Shown here: positions 26,291 through 38,675 of the stretch, piece by piece
Numbering within the stretch: the first letter of the stretch is position 1
Layout: every line of letters begins with the position of its first letter
Assembly (NCBI GenBank): GCA_030390025.1
Contig: CM059438.1
Coordinates: 79,546,001-79,610,000 of the forward strand
Direction: 5' to 3'
DNA from: Squalus acanthias
Taxonomy: Eukaryota
DNA length: 64,000 nt
The notes under the pieces: generated by a model
Seen by the model: the letters and a program-made list of their open reading frames with translations, nothing else
Told to the model about the DNA's origin: nothing
The model's database searches: none
Made by a program: the position numbers and the translations under genes

Positions 26291-28117
26291 AAGTAAGGTC
26301 AGATTACCAAGAGTTTGGCAGCTAAACCTACTTCTTGGCCTTACTACAAACTTTGCATAATATTGTGACTATCAGGGCAAAATACAGGGGACATTTTGGG
26401 TGTCACCATGTGGTGGGGAGGGGAGGGGAGGGGAGGGAAGCATTTACAGCACCTTGGAGAGCTAATTTGGTTGGCTCAGATTTTGTGATGTACCCAGGAC
26501 TCAACTGGAGGATGGTAAATTCCTCAAGACGGTCTTTACCAGAGCACTTGGCTGTTTTTCCTATAATCTTGGTAGATTAATTTAACAGACAAATATCCAC
26601 CTTGCAATTCAACCTCCAACTTCTCAAAGTGCAGAGGTGAGGTTTTAGAAATGAAGCATGCTGCTGAGAAGGTTGGCTCAATGGGCACCAGCGTCTTCCA
26701 CAAGTGGCCATTCTTCCTGTGTACTTAGGGTTAGCAGGTAATTTTACCATGGAGACATTACAGCCACATTATCATCCTCTCCAGACATCCACACAGATGC
26801 ACTTTCCAGCAACATCATTGGATCAAGAACAGTAGCCAGAACATTGGCAGATTAGTTCCCTCCTTAATCCAAAAACATGGAGACCAATTGTGGCACCCAC
26901 AAACAGATTAGATGTGATCAGCTAATTTAGCACAAAGTGGGGCCTTTCTGGTCCAAATGGCTGAGTACCACAATTTGTGGTCCATTTCCAGCTATGGTAC
27001 TGGAGGAGCCACCTCTCTTTTTGGGAGAGAGGAACCATTACTCTTGCTCTTCTTTAGATTATAACCTCCCCTTCGTGCACAACTCCAATACTGAGAGGAA
27101 AGACAGATGAACCATTTGCAATATGTAACCACATGCCATCCATAAGAGCATGAGAACAGTGCAGATTGATTCATGGTCTAAAACCTTAACTCTGTTGAAG
27201 AGTTACCCTTCAGCCCCCTCCCCAAATCACCTGGTGAAACTTGTGTGGAAAATCACAACACAATCCCATGTTCACAAAGATGTACAATAAACCTTTTAAT
27301 TTAAACTAAAGTCACCAATTTACTTAAAAGGACACTTCCCATTTGAGAGAGATTTTCAGAATAGGCGCGTGCTGGAATAGCCAGGCCTAGGTGCTAGAAC
27401 ATAATTTTGGCCTTTTTAAGTTATTGATCCCTTTAAATGTTCATCATATGAAGAATAATTTAGTGGAATAGAACAAGTGGCAGGATGATCCATGATTTAA
27501 TCATTCTGTAACTACACTGGAAACTTACAGACACCGAGGACCCAATTAATGCCGAAAGTTCTCCTTTTGTTCCAGATGATAAGCATACCTGTATATCAAT
27601 TGGCTCAATCCTGTACAAGCCCACTGAAAGTGGGACATTCTTCTGTTTATGTGTGAGTAGATCATTCAGGTATGTATCTGGGGCCAGGGCAAGTGGTGGG
27701 GGACTGTTGTAATGGACACAAAATTCATTCCATCGATGAAGAATGAGATTTCTCAAAAGTACAAGCATTAAGTAAATCTGTGCCACACTTTCTCTGAATA
27801 GATCTCACAAGTGCCACTGGCATGGGTCAATGATTGTTTACTTTAAGGTACTCCAAGCCACATTATTAATTTGGTGTGTTCACACTATTGTTACTGTTTT
27901 ATTAACAATGCTCTGTATGATTTCTCTGTCTGTACTGTTTCCTTGTCCAGTGCTTTGTCTGTTGTGCTTTTGCTTCTGATATGGCCCCTTGCTTCTGATA
28001 TCTGCGTCATATAATTTTAGTCGATTCCAAGGAGATGGAGAGGTTACTATGAACAATGCATTTAACAGAATCTGCAGCGGTTTGCGGCCCACTTATTGTC
28101 TCCCATTGTCTTTACAG

Positions 28118-28339
28118 AGAGGGAAAAAGGCCGACCCTGTCCCGTTACTGGCAGTAGCTGTGCCGGTGGTGTGTGGGAGTGCGCTGCTGATTGTAATAGC
28201 TCTTATTTTTGTGGTTCTTACTGCCCGTAAAAAGCGCCAGACAGAAGGGACGTACAATCCAAGCCAACAGGAAGTGGCTGGGGCTCGACTGGAGATGGAT
28301 AGTGTCCTTAAAGTGCCACCCGAAGAGCGCTTGATATGA
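28118..28339 (+). CDS. CRB2: CRB2 terminal exon A: transmembrane helix plus canonical CRB2-type 37-aa tail
   Basis: ctcccattgtctttacag|AGA, phase 0. Peptide [77 protein letters not shown]-binding GTY and PDZ-binding ERLI present. [24 protein letters not shown] matches CRB2. Confidence 0.97.
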   Translation, partial: RGKKADPVPLLAVAVPVVCGSALLIVIALIFVVLTARKKRQTEGTYNPSQQEVAGARLEMDSVLKVPPEERLI

Positions 28340-29384
28340 TTGCTTGATTGATTGAACGCTTAGAGGAAAAGATGCTCTTGTTTTGAGTAGACCTCATATC
28401 TGACATTACAGGTAGCATTTCTTCAGCAATATGCCTGCTCATGACTACTGATTCTTCTGACACACCGAGAAAATTCTCTCATTCTAGGCATCTGCTTCAT
28501 CGAGAGGTTGATATAATCCAATTTATGTTGGCTGTGCAATTTTCTCACAGTAACTGCAGCTAGTGAAACGTCTAGTGGGGAAATTCACGCTGAGTATGCT
28601 GCTCATTGCAATGTCACATGAATGACATGTAACTTTTTTATCTACTGAAGTCAACTAAGACAGATTCAAGCATTCCCATTTATGATACATCACCACCTCT
28701 GCTAAGATCACGTCCGTCTCAGAAGTAGCTTTTACAGGTGTCCCATTCAGCTATTCTAATCCTTCGCCAGCATGTTGCATTTTACTGAAAAGCTTTTAAA
28801 TAAGCTCGTGTTCTGACTGATATGAAATTATGGTGGAAATATTTTTTCATTTATTTAAATGAACTTTTAAAGTAATTTTAAGTCTTAAGTGAACCATGTG
28901 GGTTTTTTTTAAAAAAAGATAGAATGCCATGTAGCCTTGAAATTTAAATTGATTTAATCTAAAAAAAAAATCTGAACTATGTGTTAATGAAGGAGGCATT
29001 TGTCCAAATCTATATATAGGGTTATGCTGGAAAAAGGGTTCCATGTTAACATTCCGTGATGGTGTTCTTTACGCAAATGGATAGAAGTAATCTTCTTTGG
29101 GTCTGATGTCATTGTCTTATCTTTTCCATGTCTAATTAAAGGCAAGTTCACTATGAGCAAGTCTGTACACAGCTTGAAAGCACCTATGTTGTTGCATCAA
29201 CAGTTGTTACTGACAGACTCTGTCCCTGCCTATTCTATGAACAAACTGCTGTTGGTGAAAAATCTCCCAGTAAGGTCAGGATGAGGATTTGTTACTTGAG
29301 TCCAGATACACATTGCTGGACAAGGACAACAAACAGTGTAACTTTCTCACTTCCATTTTACTCAATGGTAATGTTCTACAACAG

Positions 29385-29606
29385 AAAGGAACCACCCAGA
29401 GAAATGACACTCTCATTATCGCTGGTTCTGTGGCTGCAGCTGGAGGACTTGTCATCTTCATCATCGCCATCATAGTTCTGGTGATCACTATGAGAAAGAA
29501 GAGGGCAACGCAGGGAACCTATAGCCCCAGTCGGCAGGAAAAGGATGGAGCAAGGGTGGAGATGTGGAACATAATGAAGCCTCCACCAACAGAAAGGCTT
29601 ATTTGA
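29385..29606 (+). CDS. CRB2: Alternative terminal exon B: transmembrane helix plus CRB1-type 37-aa tail
   Basis: gttctacaacag|AAA, phase 0. Peptide [73 protein letters not shown]. 222 nt, the same length as exon A, with no stops or frameshifts. Confidence 0.88.
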   Translation, partial: KGTTQRNDTLIIAGSVAAAGGLVIFIIAIIVLVITMRKKRATQGTYSPSRQEKDGARVEMWNIMKPPPTERLI

Positions 29607-30330
29607 CTTTCATTAAAAACAGGAGACAATTAAACAGAAGCTTATTAATCTGTTTGGGACTGAAGACAATACATGGTTTCAGGTGGTAATGAGTGATCCA
29701 AAGTAGTTCAGTCCAGTTAAAACTAGAGTCTGGCACTAAGCATGGCTAAGCTGGTAAAATCTAAATTGGAAGTGTGTGGAAATAGATAAATCTCAGAGGA
29801 ACGTAACTGGTTAGAGTCAAAATATTTGATGCTCACAAATGCAATGCATGACATGATTTTACATTAGATATCTTAAATGTACACTGCAAAAAGTTTCAGG
29901 AACTTTCAAAATAACTTGCCTCCAATGTCACTTATTGTCTTTTGGCACAACTTGAATTAATTATAATTAACACCGTCAGCATTTGCGCTGCTTCTAAGAT
30001 TAACTACTGAAAAGATCAGTTTTACTTTTTCTGATTGATTACTTTCAAGGCAATTACAACTATACAGGTTTTTAATCAAATGCTTTGCTTCCACTTTGTT
30101 TACAGTAGTCTCCACAGTGTCGTTAATGGGACATAAAATGACAAACGCATTTTCAACATCATTCCTAAATTATGTAATGAACTGGTAGCAGTATTAAGAT
30201 TAATATGAGCACAGAAGACAGAATAATCACATATAAAACAGTGAGTTGTTGTCAAGTGAATTCTAGATTAGGAAAGAAAGACAATGAGTTCCAGTACTCA
30301 TACTCAAGTAGTATCCATTTCAATTTAGGG

Positions 30331-30705
30331 GAAAGAAAGACTTGCATTTATATAGCGCCTTTCATGACCACCGGACGTCCCAAAGCGCTTTACAGCCAAT
30401 TAAGTACTTTTGAAGTGTAGTCACTGTTGTAATGTGGGAAACGCGGCAGCCAATCTGCGCACAGCAAGCTCCCACAAACAGCAATGTGATAATGACCAGA
30501 TCATCTGTTTTTGTTATGTTGATTGAGGGATAAATATTGGCCAGGACACCGGGGATAACTCCCCTGCTCTTCTTCGAAATAGTGCCATGGGATCTTTTAC
30601 ATCCGAGAGAGCAGACGGGGGCCTCGGTTTAACGTCTCATCCAAAAGATGGCACCTCCAACAGTGCAGCACTCCCTCAGTACTGCACTGGAGTGTCAGCC
30701 TAGAT
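30331..30705 (-). mobile_element. Deu-type SINE (5'-truncated)
   Basis: Same tail and Deu core as 5995-6420. Confidence 0.88.
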
Positions 30706-33399
30706 TCATGTTAGGAACTAATATGCTGGAACTCTTACTATTTTGAATCTAAAACTAGAACCTGCCTGGCAGAAATTTTATATTTTGTTAAATAATTCTT
30801 AAATATTTAGTACAAACTGGCATAATAGCAAAAACTTTACACTGTAAATCAAAACACCCTTATGTGATGGAACTAAACAGGTTTCTTTTGAGCTTTTTCT
30901 CCCCTCAGGAACTAACAACTTTCAGTAATTTTAAATCCTTTTCCCCCATTCAGAAAATTCCATTATTTATTTTTAGTGAGTCAGTTGGCCTTGCTTGATG
31001 ACTTTGGGTGAGAAAGGGTTAAGAAGATTTTTAAACCATCACTGCCTTTCACTGAATTGTATGAAGTCTTAGAATCAAGTGCAGTTAACTTTTAATACAT
31101 TGGAAACTAGATTATGAATTTGGAGTACTTTTATTAATTACACATTTGCAGACACGTTTTCACGGGGATGACTAACAAATATCAAGTGTTGCTTTTAAAG
31201 TTATACCCATGATGACATTTGGTTATAGCTTTGCCAGGTAGTGCTGTAACTCTTGGTTTGGTGAATAACTAAAATAATTTACTGAGCTCCCGATGTGACG
31301 TTAAAATTATGACCTTTTTCTAAGCGAATTCTTCCCCCTTCCCCCGCAATTGATATCATGCAAGATTACATTTATACTCACGAAAAAAAGAAAAAAAAAA
31401 ATCGCTCTAATTTCGCACAATCATTCTGGAGGAATTTTTTTTAACCAGAAATCCAGGACAGAGAAGCAAAAAATATTCAAGTGCTACAGATATGTAGTTT
31501 GAACATGTAACCAGTGGCATGAAGAGCCCTAAAGCCAACTTTGTTAGTTGTTTCAAGTACACAAGCTGTTTGACTAACACTCCATTGTTTTTTAACTTTC
31601 CCTGTTGCATTGCAATTGTTTCATTCTCCAGCAAATACAATACACAGCATGGTAATAGAAGGGAGACAAGGTAGTGGTGAAGAGGTGCAGTGTTTTACAA
31701 CCGCATCTCAGAGCCATATCGATACAAATGTTATTAACTACAGAGCATGACTCAAATCTTTATTACTATCCAGTCAGAAAACAAGAGTTCCAGGAGCGTT
31801 CATCTTGCTCTGAAGTTAAAACTTGTTTCTCCATACACTGCGCAACGTTTGGATGTCACCTCCATAAAATGTGTTTCATCATAAAATTGTATCAGTATTA
31901 GTTATGCCCCATGTTAACGAGAGTCTCCCTGAAGGTGATGGGGGCACATTTATTTGAAATGTTTTAGTATATGTAGACTACAGTATAGGGAAATGCAGGC
32001 GAGGTAATCTAATACTTATGAACTGTACAGATATTTCAAAATGAAAACATTAGTGCCCTATTGCATTGTTTGATCAATAGACTGACTGTCCATATGAATT
32101 TTTCCAATGTGCTTTTAAATATCAGATCAGTAAACTTAACTAGTTGGTTCACAGCTCACGAGTTGTTAAAAGAATGTATTGTTCTTCCCGTACTTGTTAG
32201 AACAACCATCATCTTCATTGCCATTTTTCCCCTTATGGTCTCTCACCTTGAAGTACTGGAAGGAGGGGAATGTAGGTGGAAAAACTCTGCTCCACCCCAC
32301 AGGAAGAGTCAGTTTAGGCTTAGACCAACATTTTAATTCTGAGGAGATATGTTTTGGTGCCTGGAGGTGTCCTACCCAATGGTCTGAATGAGACGCACAA
32401 AAGTCCCTGAAGTGTAATAGAAAAAAAAGTGAAAAACAAAAACAAAAAGTAGGGAATATTGAAAAGTATACACTAACCTTAATGATGGGAAGTATTAAGA
32501 TAAGCAGTGTTTTTTGTATAAGATACAATGACAACTCATAGAGTTGCTCAGATTGCACTAGGAGCATTAATCAGTGATGGTATTAGTAGATAACTTTTAC
32601 TTAACACTGGACAAAAAGGTATATTGCAGACTGCAGTGCCTTTAGATTTTAGAAAGAGAGAATTAGATGTAATTTTATTTGCCAAGTGTATTAATTCTTG
32701 TCCCACAATAGCACTAATTTTAGTCATATATTTAAATATTAGGTGATTGATCCTTTAATCCTTTTTATACGACAAAACAAAAGCAAATCTGGATTTAATA
32801 GGAGTAAGAAATAATAAAAGGCAAAAAGTGCTTCTCGACTCCGATTCCCTTAATCTGATTTAAGTAACTCTTGCACATTTAACATAACAAGCAACATATT
32901 TCAAGTTACTGTGTTTTAGAAGAACTTTTCTGCAATACTGCAGCACAAGTATATAAAAAATATTTCTCTGCTGGCTAAACAGATATTAAAATAAATCTAT
33001 TCTTTAATCACTGGGAACTGAACAATTGTAACAAGTTTCTATACAGATCGATGTAAAATAACCTTGTACATAATGAGGCAGGACTGAAGGAAATGTGGTA
33101 TTCTATTTTGTTGCTTACATGCAAAAAAAATGATGTTGTAAAACATCTTGGGATGACTTCATTGCTCCACACTGTTGTGGCCTTGCGTGCAGGCAAAGCC
33201 TGGCGACACTGGGCTGTAACCTTGTACTGCAGGTGATGTCACAATAGTATAAAAACAGGGGATCAACAAATTCACTGGGAAAACACGTGCTCTTTAAAGC
33301 AATGTACAAAAACCACTGAACACTGATGAATTAACAGCATTCTCAATAAAAGTCTTCAAATAGTTGTACCAAACAGTGGGACTGGATCTTCAGAAGATC

Positions 33400-33715
33400 A
33401 TAACAACAACAACTTGTATTTATATAGCGCCTTTAACGTAGTAAAACGTCCCAAGGCGCTGCACAGGAGTATTTTAAGACAACAAATGTGACACCGATCC
33501 ACATAAGGATAAATTAGGGCAGGTGACCAAAAGCTTGGTCAAAGTGGTAGGTTTTAAGGAGCGTCTTAAAAGGAGGAAAGAGAGGTAAGCGAGGCGGAGA
33601 GGTTTAGGCAGGGAATTCCAGAGCTTAGGGGCCCAGGCAACAGAAGGGACGACCACCAAAGGTTGAGCAATTATAATCAGGGATGCTCAAGAGAGCAGAA
33701 TTAGAGGAGCGCAAA
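33400..33715 (-). mobile_element. L2 LINE 3' end
   Basis: (aac)n tail, ttgtatttatatagcgcc, and PKLWNSLP remnant. Confidence 0.85.
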
Positions 33716-34444
33716 ATGAATCATAACACAAAATGAATTCATGAGTGAGAACCCCCAAAACTTTTCAATGAATGCATGCAGTGGAGAAAAAAATTCCCAT
33801 TCGAGGAATTAGATTGTAGCACATTAAGTGACACATTTCATATTCCAGATGGAAAGGAGGTAGTTTGATTAGATTCAGAACAGATTTTTGTCAAAATGAC
33901 TTTGTTTGAAGCATTTTACATTGTAGAATATCTGTGTGCATGTACATCATACAAATTGTAAACATTATAGCATTTCACTAGAAGATGCCAAATTGGATAA
34001 GCACCTATACACTAAAGGTACCAGGTATAAGGCAATTCTGAATGATCTTTGGGTTGCAGTAGGTTAGAAATCAGTGGCTCAAATTCATTGCAAGCATCTC
34101 TGTTGGTACCAAAGCATCAAAAGTGAGTTCAGTTTACTACAAAAACTTTTAAAATTTCCATTTTGTTCATACGTCCAGATTCCATTATTTGTTCTGAGCA
34201 GCATAATGTTTTTGATGATGGTGAAAAGTGGTAGTTACACCACCACCAATGAATGCAATCATACCAAAAACAAAAGGCTACAGCACTAAACTGGCAAATT
34301 TAGAATGTTTCTGAAGGAAGCCTCCCCCAAAGCTAGGGTTAGTTATTAGCCTGCGTGGCATTATTACATTTAATGAAGCACACTGATCTCTCTGTCAAGT
34401 TATGAACTGGGCTTGGGCCAATTGAGTGTACAACTATAAACACT

Positions 34445-35176
34445 GGCCCGAATTTTGCGGTGAGCGACACTCGCCATTTAATGCGCTTGCAGCTGCCTAC
34501 GGACTTTTAGTGGGATTTTGCATGGCAGCTTGCATCAATTAAAGAGCCCTTTCAGCATAGCGCCCTCTACAGGGGATCTGGGACCTGTGTGAACAGGAAA
34601 AGCAATAGCGTGACTCTTAAACCAATCAGATTGAAGAATCCTTACTGAGACACGCAGAGTCTTAGCCAGAAAGTGCAAGTTAGAATATTTCTTTCAATGT
34701 AAAATCATATACAGAAAGCAAAATAAAGTGGGGGAAAGAAAGATGGGATTAAGAGATAAAAAAAAGACAGAATTTCTTAATTTTAATAAAATCTCCAGCA
34801 GTAATTAAAATCTGATGGAAAGAGACCCCACACTTGTAAAAGTACATTTTCAGTGCCAGAGAGGTTGTTTGGTAGTAATTAAGACTGATCATGCCGCTAA
34901 AAATTCACTTACACTGCAATGGACAAGCCCTAACTTTTTCTGGCATGTTTAGTAGGTATCTATCACGCAAGTACCACATCTTCACGGTGTCGCCTGTTTT
35001 TCAATGCCGAGTGTGTTGGCGCAGCTTCTGGAGAAGCAGGGCAAATCGGACAGCAACTTCCTGATTTCCACGTTTAGCAGCACACGTGCAGACGCCAGAA
35101 GTTGCTGACCGATTTACTCCTCAATAACGGTTAGTGCTGATAGCCTCACCGTTATGCCTACCGCAAAATCCTGGCC
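34445..35176. mobile_element. ~730-bp non-autonomous TIR element (MITE)
   Basis: Imperfect TIRs ggcccgaattttgcggt and accgcaaaatcctggcc. Interior is homologous to 49060-49677 (tttcagtgccagagaggttg, aaagaaagat.ggattaagaga). Confidence 0.8.
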
Positions 35177-35327
35177 TCCTTTTTAAAACTTAAAAAGGTA
35201 AAAAGAAAATGGATCTGCAAATACTTAAGCTCAGCATAGACATTTCCTTATGAATTTGCATCTCAGTGTTTGAGAGTCTGGCCTCCCTTCCAGAAGGTCA
35301 AGACAAAACAGGTTCATAAGACACTTG

Positions 35328-35568
35328 GCCCGATTCCAACACCGGACCAGTTTTTGGCTGATAAGCAGCAGTGAGCAACTCCCCCGCTGCTCCTGAAATG
35401 AGGCTTGGGGTATTTATCTCCTAGGCCTCATTTACATCCCGCTGGCCGACTTCCCACCTATTCCGGGCGGGAAGTTGTTGAGAAGCAGCAGAAATTCGCG
35501 CAATTCAGAGACTGCTCGGCGACACATGGATCAGCTGCTGGGGCCGTTCCGATAAAGTTAAAATTCCC
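35328..35568. mobile_element. Short GC-rich MITE-like fragment
   Basis: Ends ggcccgatt... and ...gttaaaattccc resemble the termini of 12071-12724. Confidence 0.45.
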
Positions 35569-37069
35569 TTTAGTGTGTCCAATGCTTTACTAACAAGACT
35601 GTATGATACAGTGTCATTGTTTATCCAAATGAATAGTTCAGGGATTATGAAAATACACAAAGGAGAAAAATCACCAACCTAAATAGGCTCTGTGCCCACA
35701 GATTAAAAGATTTTCCCCCTCACTTTTATAATACTTAGAAAAGAGCCACCAGTTATCCAAAACTTGAGGGTTTTGTCTAAATATGATGAAATGTTAATGA
35801 ATTTACTGTGACTGTTATCGAAAGAATAACTCCAGGATATTGTGATAAAACACAGAAATCAAATACATCTTCAGAAAGATAATTATGAGTCTAGATTATT
35901 TGTGACGTACTAAAAACAGTTTCTGAAAATGTGAACGCGCTATAGACCAAACACAGCTGTTGCGAAAGTAATAATTGAACTAAACATCTGGACATCAGCA
36001 TGGAGTATGTTTTTCAGCAGAAGTTATATGATTTCAGGTTATTTTATGATATAGCTGGACTTACCTTTTAATACTAAGCCTGGGAGAATTAAAGCATGCT
36101 CCATAAAACACGGTTTGGATAAGCTGTTGATGCCAGTAATGAAACAAAGCATCAAGTACAGTGACTTTACTGGTGACAAGAGTTCACTTGTAGTACCAAT
36201 GATAATCAGTAGAAAGATATTCACCCACAAAATACTGAAGATGTGAATTGCAAAAACGGTAGAAACAAATGAATGGAACATCTGGGATCAAACTACTGCA
36301 ACTCTTTACCTGGTCATCAGTTTGAATAATAAGCACTACACAAATCCCCTCCAACTGAGTCTGCTCTTCAATGATCAGGTTTAATTTTGCTAAGGCATTT
36401 TTATCTTGAAGTGATTGCAGTTAATAGCAGATGTGTGATTTTACCCCTATTGATGAAAATCTCGAACAAATAAAAGGTAATAACCACTGGAGTTCCAAAG
36501 GCTCAAATTTCCAAGAGTCTTGCAATATGCCTTGGGAATAAATGCCTCCTGTCCTTGATCATTAAGCATGTGGACACTTCAGCATGTCGAGCTGGTTCCG
36601 TGTGTCCGCACGCTTGCATCATAAAACGTTTTCACATTATGAGGTGAGCATCCAAATGCACAATATTGGTTTCGCATCAATTCCTAGGCATCATCTCAAA
36701 AGAAAACAAGACTATACCATGCAGGCCAAATATACCAATGTGAACAGTACCCTCAACTTCTACATTTATAAGCTAATGGCAGCTAGACGTTGCACCAAAA
36801 GCAACATCTGTCCCCAGCTCCTTGCGGTCTAACTAGATATTTTTAATAAATGCAATTTAATACAGATCTTAAAACAGATGAATCCATTTGTTATATGTAG
36901 TCTGTAGCAGTACACTCACTCATTCCAGTTTATGAATGGACCTCCAGGCTTAGAGTAAGAATAGTGACAGATTACAATATAAATTGGGGCGGGTGCACTC
37001 GTGTTATTTGAGTGCCACTCTCCTGGAACCCAATCAGTAAGGTAATAGTTGCATTTTTGTAATAACTAG

Positions 37070-37380
37070 TTAACAACTTGCATTTATGTAGAGGCTTTAA
37101 CACAGAAAATGCCCAAGTTGCTTTAGGTGGGGTGTTGTGGACACTGAACCATGGTGCGACAGTTAGGAGGTGACTGAAAACTTGTTCAAAAATGGGGTTT
37201 TGAGAAGGTTTTTAAAGGTGGAGAGAGAACTGGAGAGGCAGAAGGGATTATGCAGCGAGTTCCAGAGAACACGGTTGAGGGAGTGAGGATTCTGCCACCA
37301 GACAAAGGGGGAAGGGGGATCCACTAAAGGCTAAAGTCTGAGAACCGAAGGGTGCTGGAGGACATAAGGCTGGACGAGAA
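37070..37380 (-). mobile_element. Old L2 3' fragment
   Basis: aacaacttgcatttatgtagaggctttaac tail. Diverged match to 33400-33715. Confidence 0.6.
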
Positions 37381-38354
37381 ACATGGCCATTTATAGAAGT
37401 TTTGAATCCATCTTAAGCAAATCATTCAGAAATCACGTTACAGCTTTGCATGGAATAGAATGGGCAGTATGCTCACAAACTTGAGAGGCATCAAATTTAT
37501 TTGGGAAATAAAGACAATGTTCATTATTTATCAGCCAATATCAAAGGAGACAAACCTTGAGGCTTGATAAACAGGGTGCTTTGGTCATGGGGTTTACATA
37601 ATGAAATACGGGTTGGTGTAAGTAATATAAGATATATCCAAGTGTTGATTCAGGAGTGCTTCTCAGCTCCAAAACAGGAGCAACTTCACTGTAAACGTCC
37701 AAAACTGGTACCATGACCTCACACAGTCAATGACTTTAATGATTTTCTATACAGTTTCTGCTAACTTTTATAAAATTAGGTTATGTTAACAAATTAAGTG
37801 TTATGTATTTTTTATTTGCAAAATAATATTGTTGTAAATTTTATAGGCTTGTACATTTGAATACATGTAACTGATAAAAGTTGTGTAAAATAAAGCGTGA
37901 TGAAATGGCAAGATTGTTATTTATTTTGGTATTTTGTTGAATATGCTGGACCCCACTGGGCCGACCCAAGGCCCAGCAACATTCCACAGTGGTGTGCAGG
38001 TTTTCCTTTTCACTGTACACTTGTTTGTCTCGGTCTAGTGCCCATGCCAAGAATATTTTACATTTTCTCTTAGAGATCCTAAATTCCAGTCAAGATGAAC
38101 CTCCAACACAAATCAGCCCATAATGTAGAGGACTTTGCCAGAAAGGCAATGCAGATACATGGTTTATCAGACTGGTGCAGCACAAGAGGTTGGAGTAAAG
38201 ACATATAGTGAGATGACAATTCTGCACCTGATCTGGGAGTGGGCAATACAGTGATTAGAGAAAAATAAATGACATCCCAACTCTGCCATTCCCTCAACTC
38301 AAGAGGATAAAGGTAATCCACTATCACAGTAGCAAAATACTATTTTAAGTGGCG

Positions 38355-38675
38355 TTCATGCTGGTAGCAGAAAAACAGAACACTGGTGGTGGTGGGCTTC
38401 CCTCTTTGATCTGCTGCAGACCTTGTGGTGATGGTGCTCGGGAGGGAATTCCATTTTTTGACCCAATGACAATGAAGGAACAGACATGCATGTCCATGTC
38501 AGGATGGTATGTGACTTGGAAGAGGAATGTGGAGGTGATGGTGTTCCCACAACACTGCTCTTGTCCTCAGTGGGAGATGCTGCAGAAGAGGGAGGGTCTG
38601 TCGAAGAATGCTTGGTGAGTTGCTGCAGTGCATTCTGTAGAGTGTACTTACTGCAGCCACAGTCCACCGGTGGTG
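38355..38675 (-). mobile_element. Degenerate 3' fragment of the 46481-49059 LINE family
   Basis: Reverse complement aligns by eye to 48670-49040 (ccaagtcacatacca.cctgac, gttccttcattgtcattgggtcaaaa). Confidence 0.7.

Noticed and set aside
26640-27000. Possible very old SINE remnant
   Set aside because: Too diverged to assign by eye.
28021-28042. Possible microexon after ataattttag upstream of exon A
   Set aside because: The following donor (gttact) is poor and the length would shift the frame.
2031-28339. Calling the gene CRB1 or Notch
   Set aside because: LamG plus EGF plus ERLI defines Crumbs. Ectodomain motifs (SSASF, VTWNDF, WLYPP), exon A and the DENND1A neighbour favour CRB2.
29289-29606. 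Exon B as a stand-alone single-exon gene, CRB3, or processed pseudogene
   Set aside because: The ORF start is a non-ATG codon with no signal peptide. Homology begins exactly at an AG acceptor in the same phase as exon A. The tail is CRB1-like rather than CRB3-like, and there is no poly(A) or TSD.
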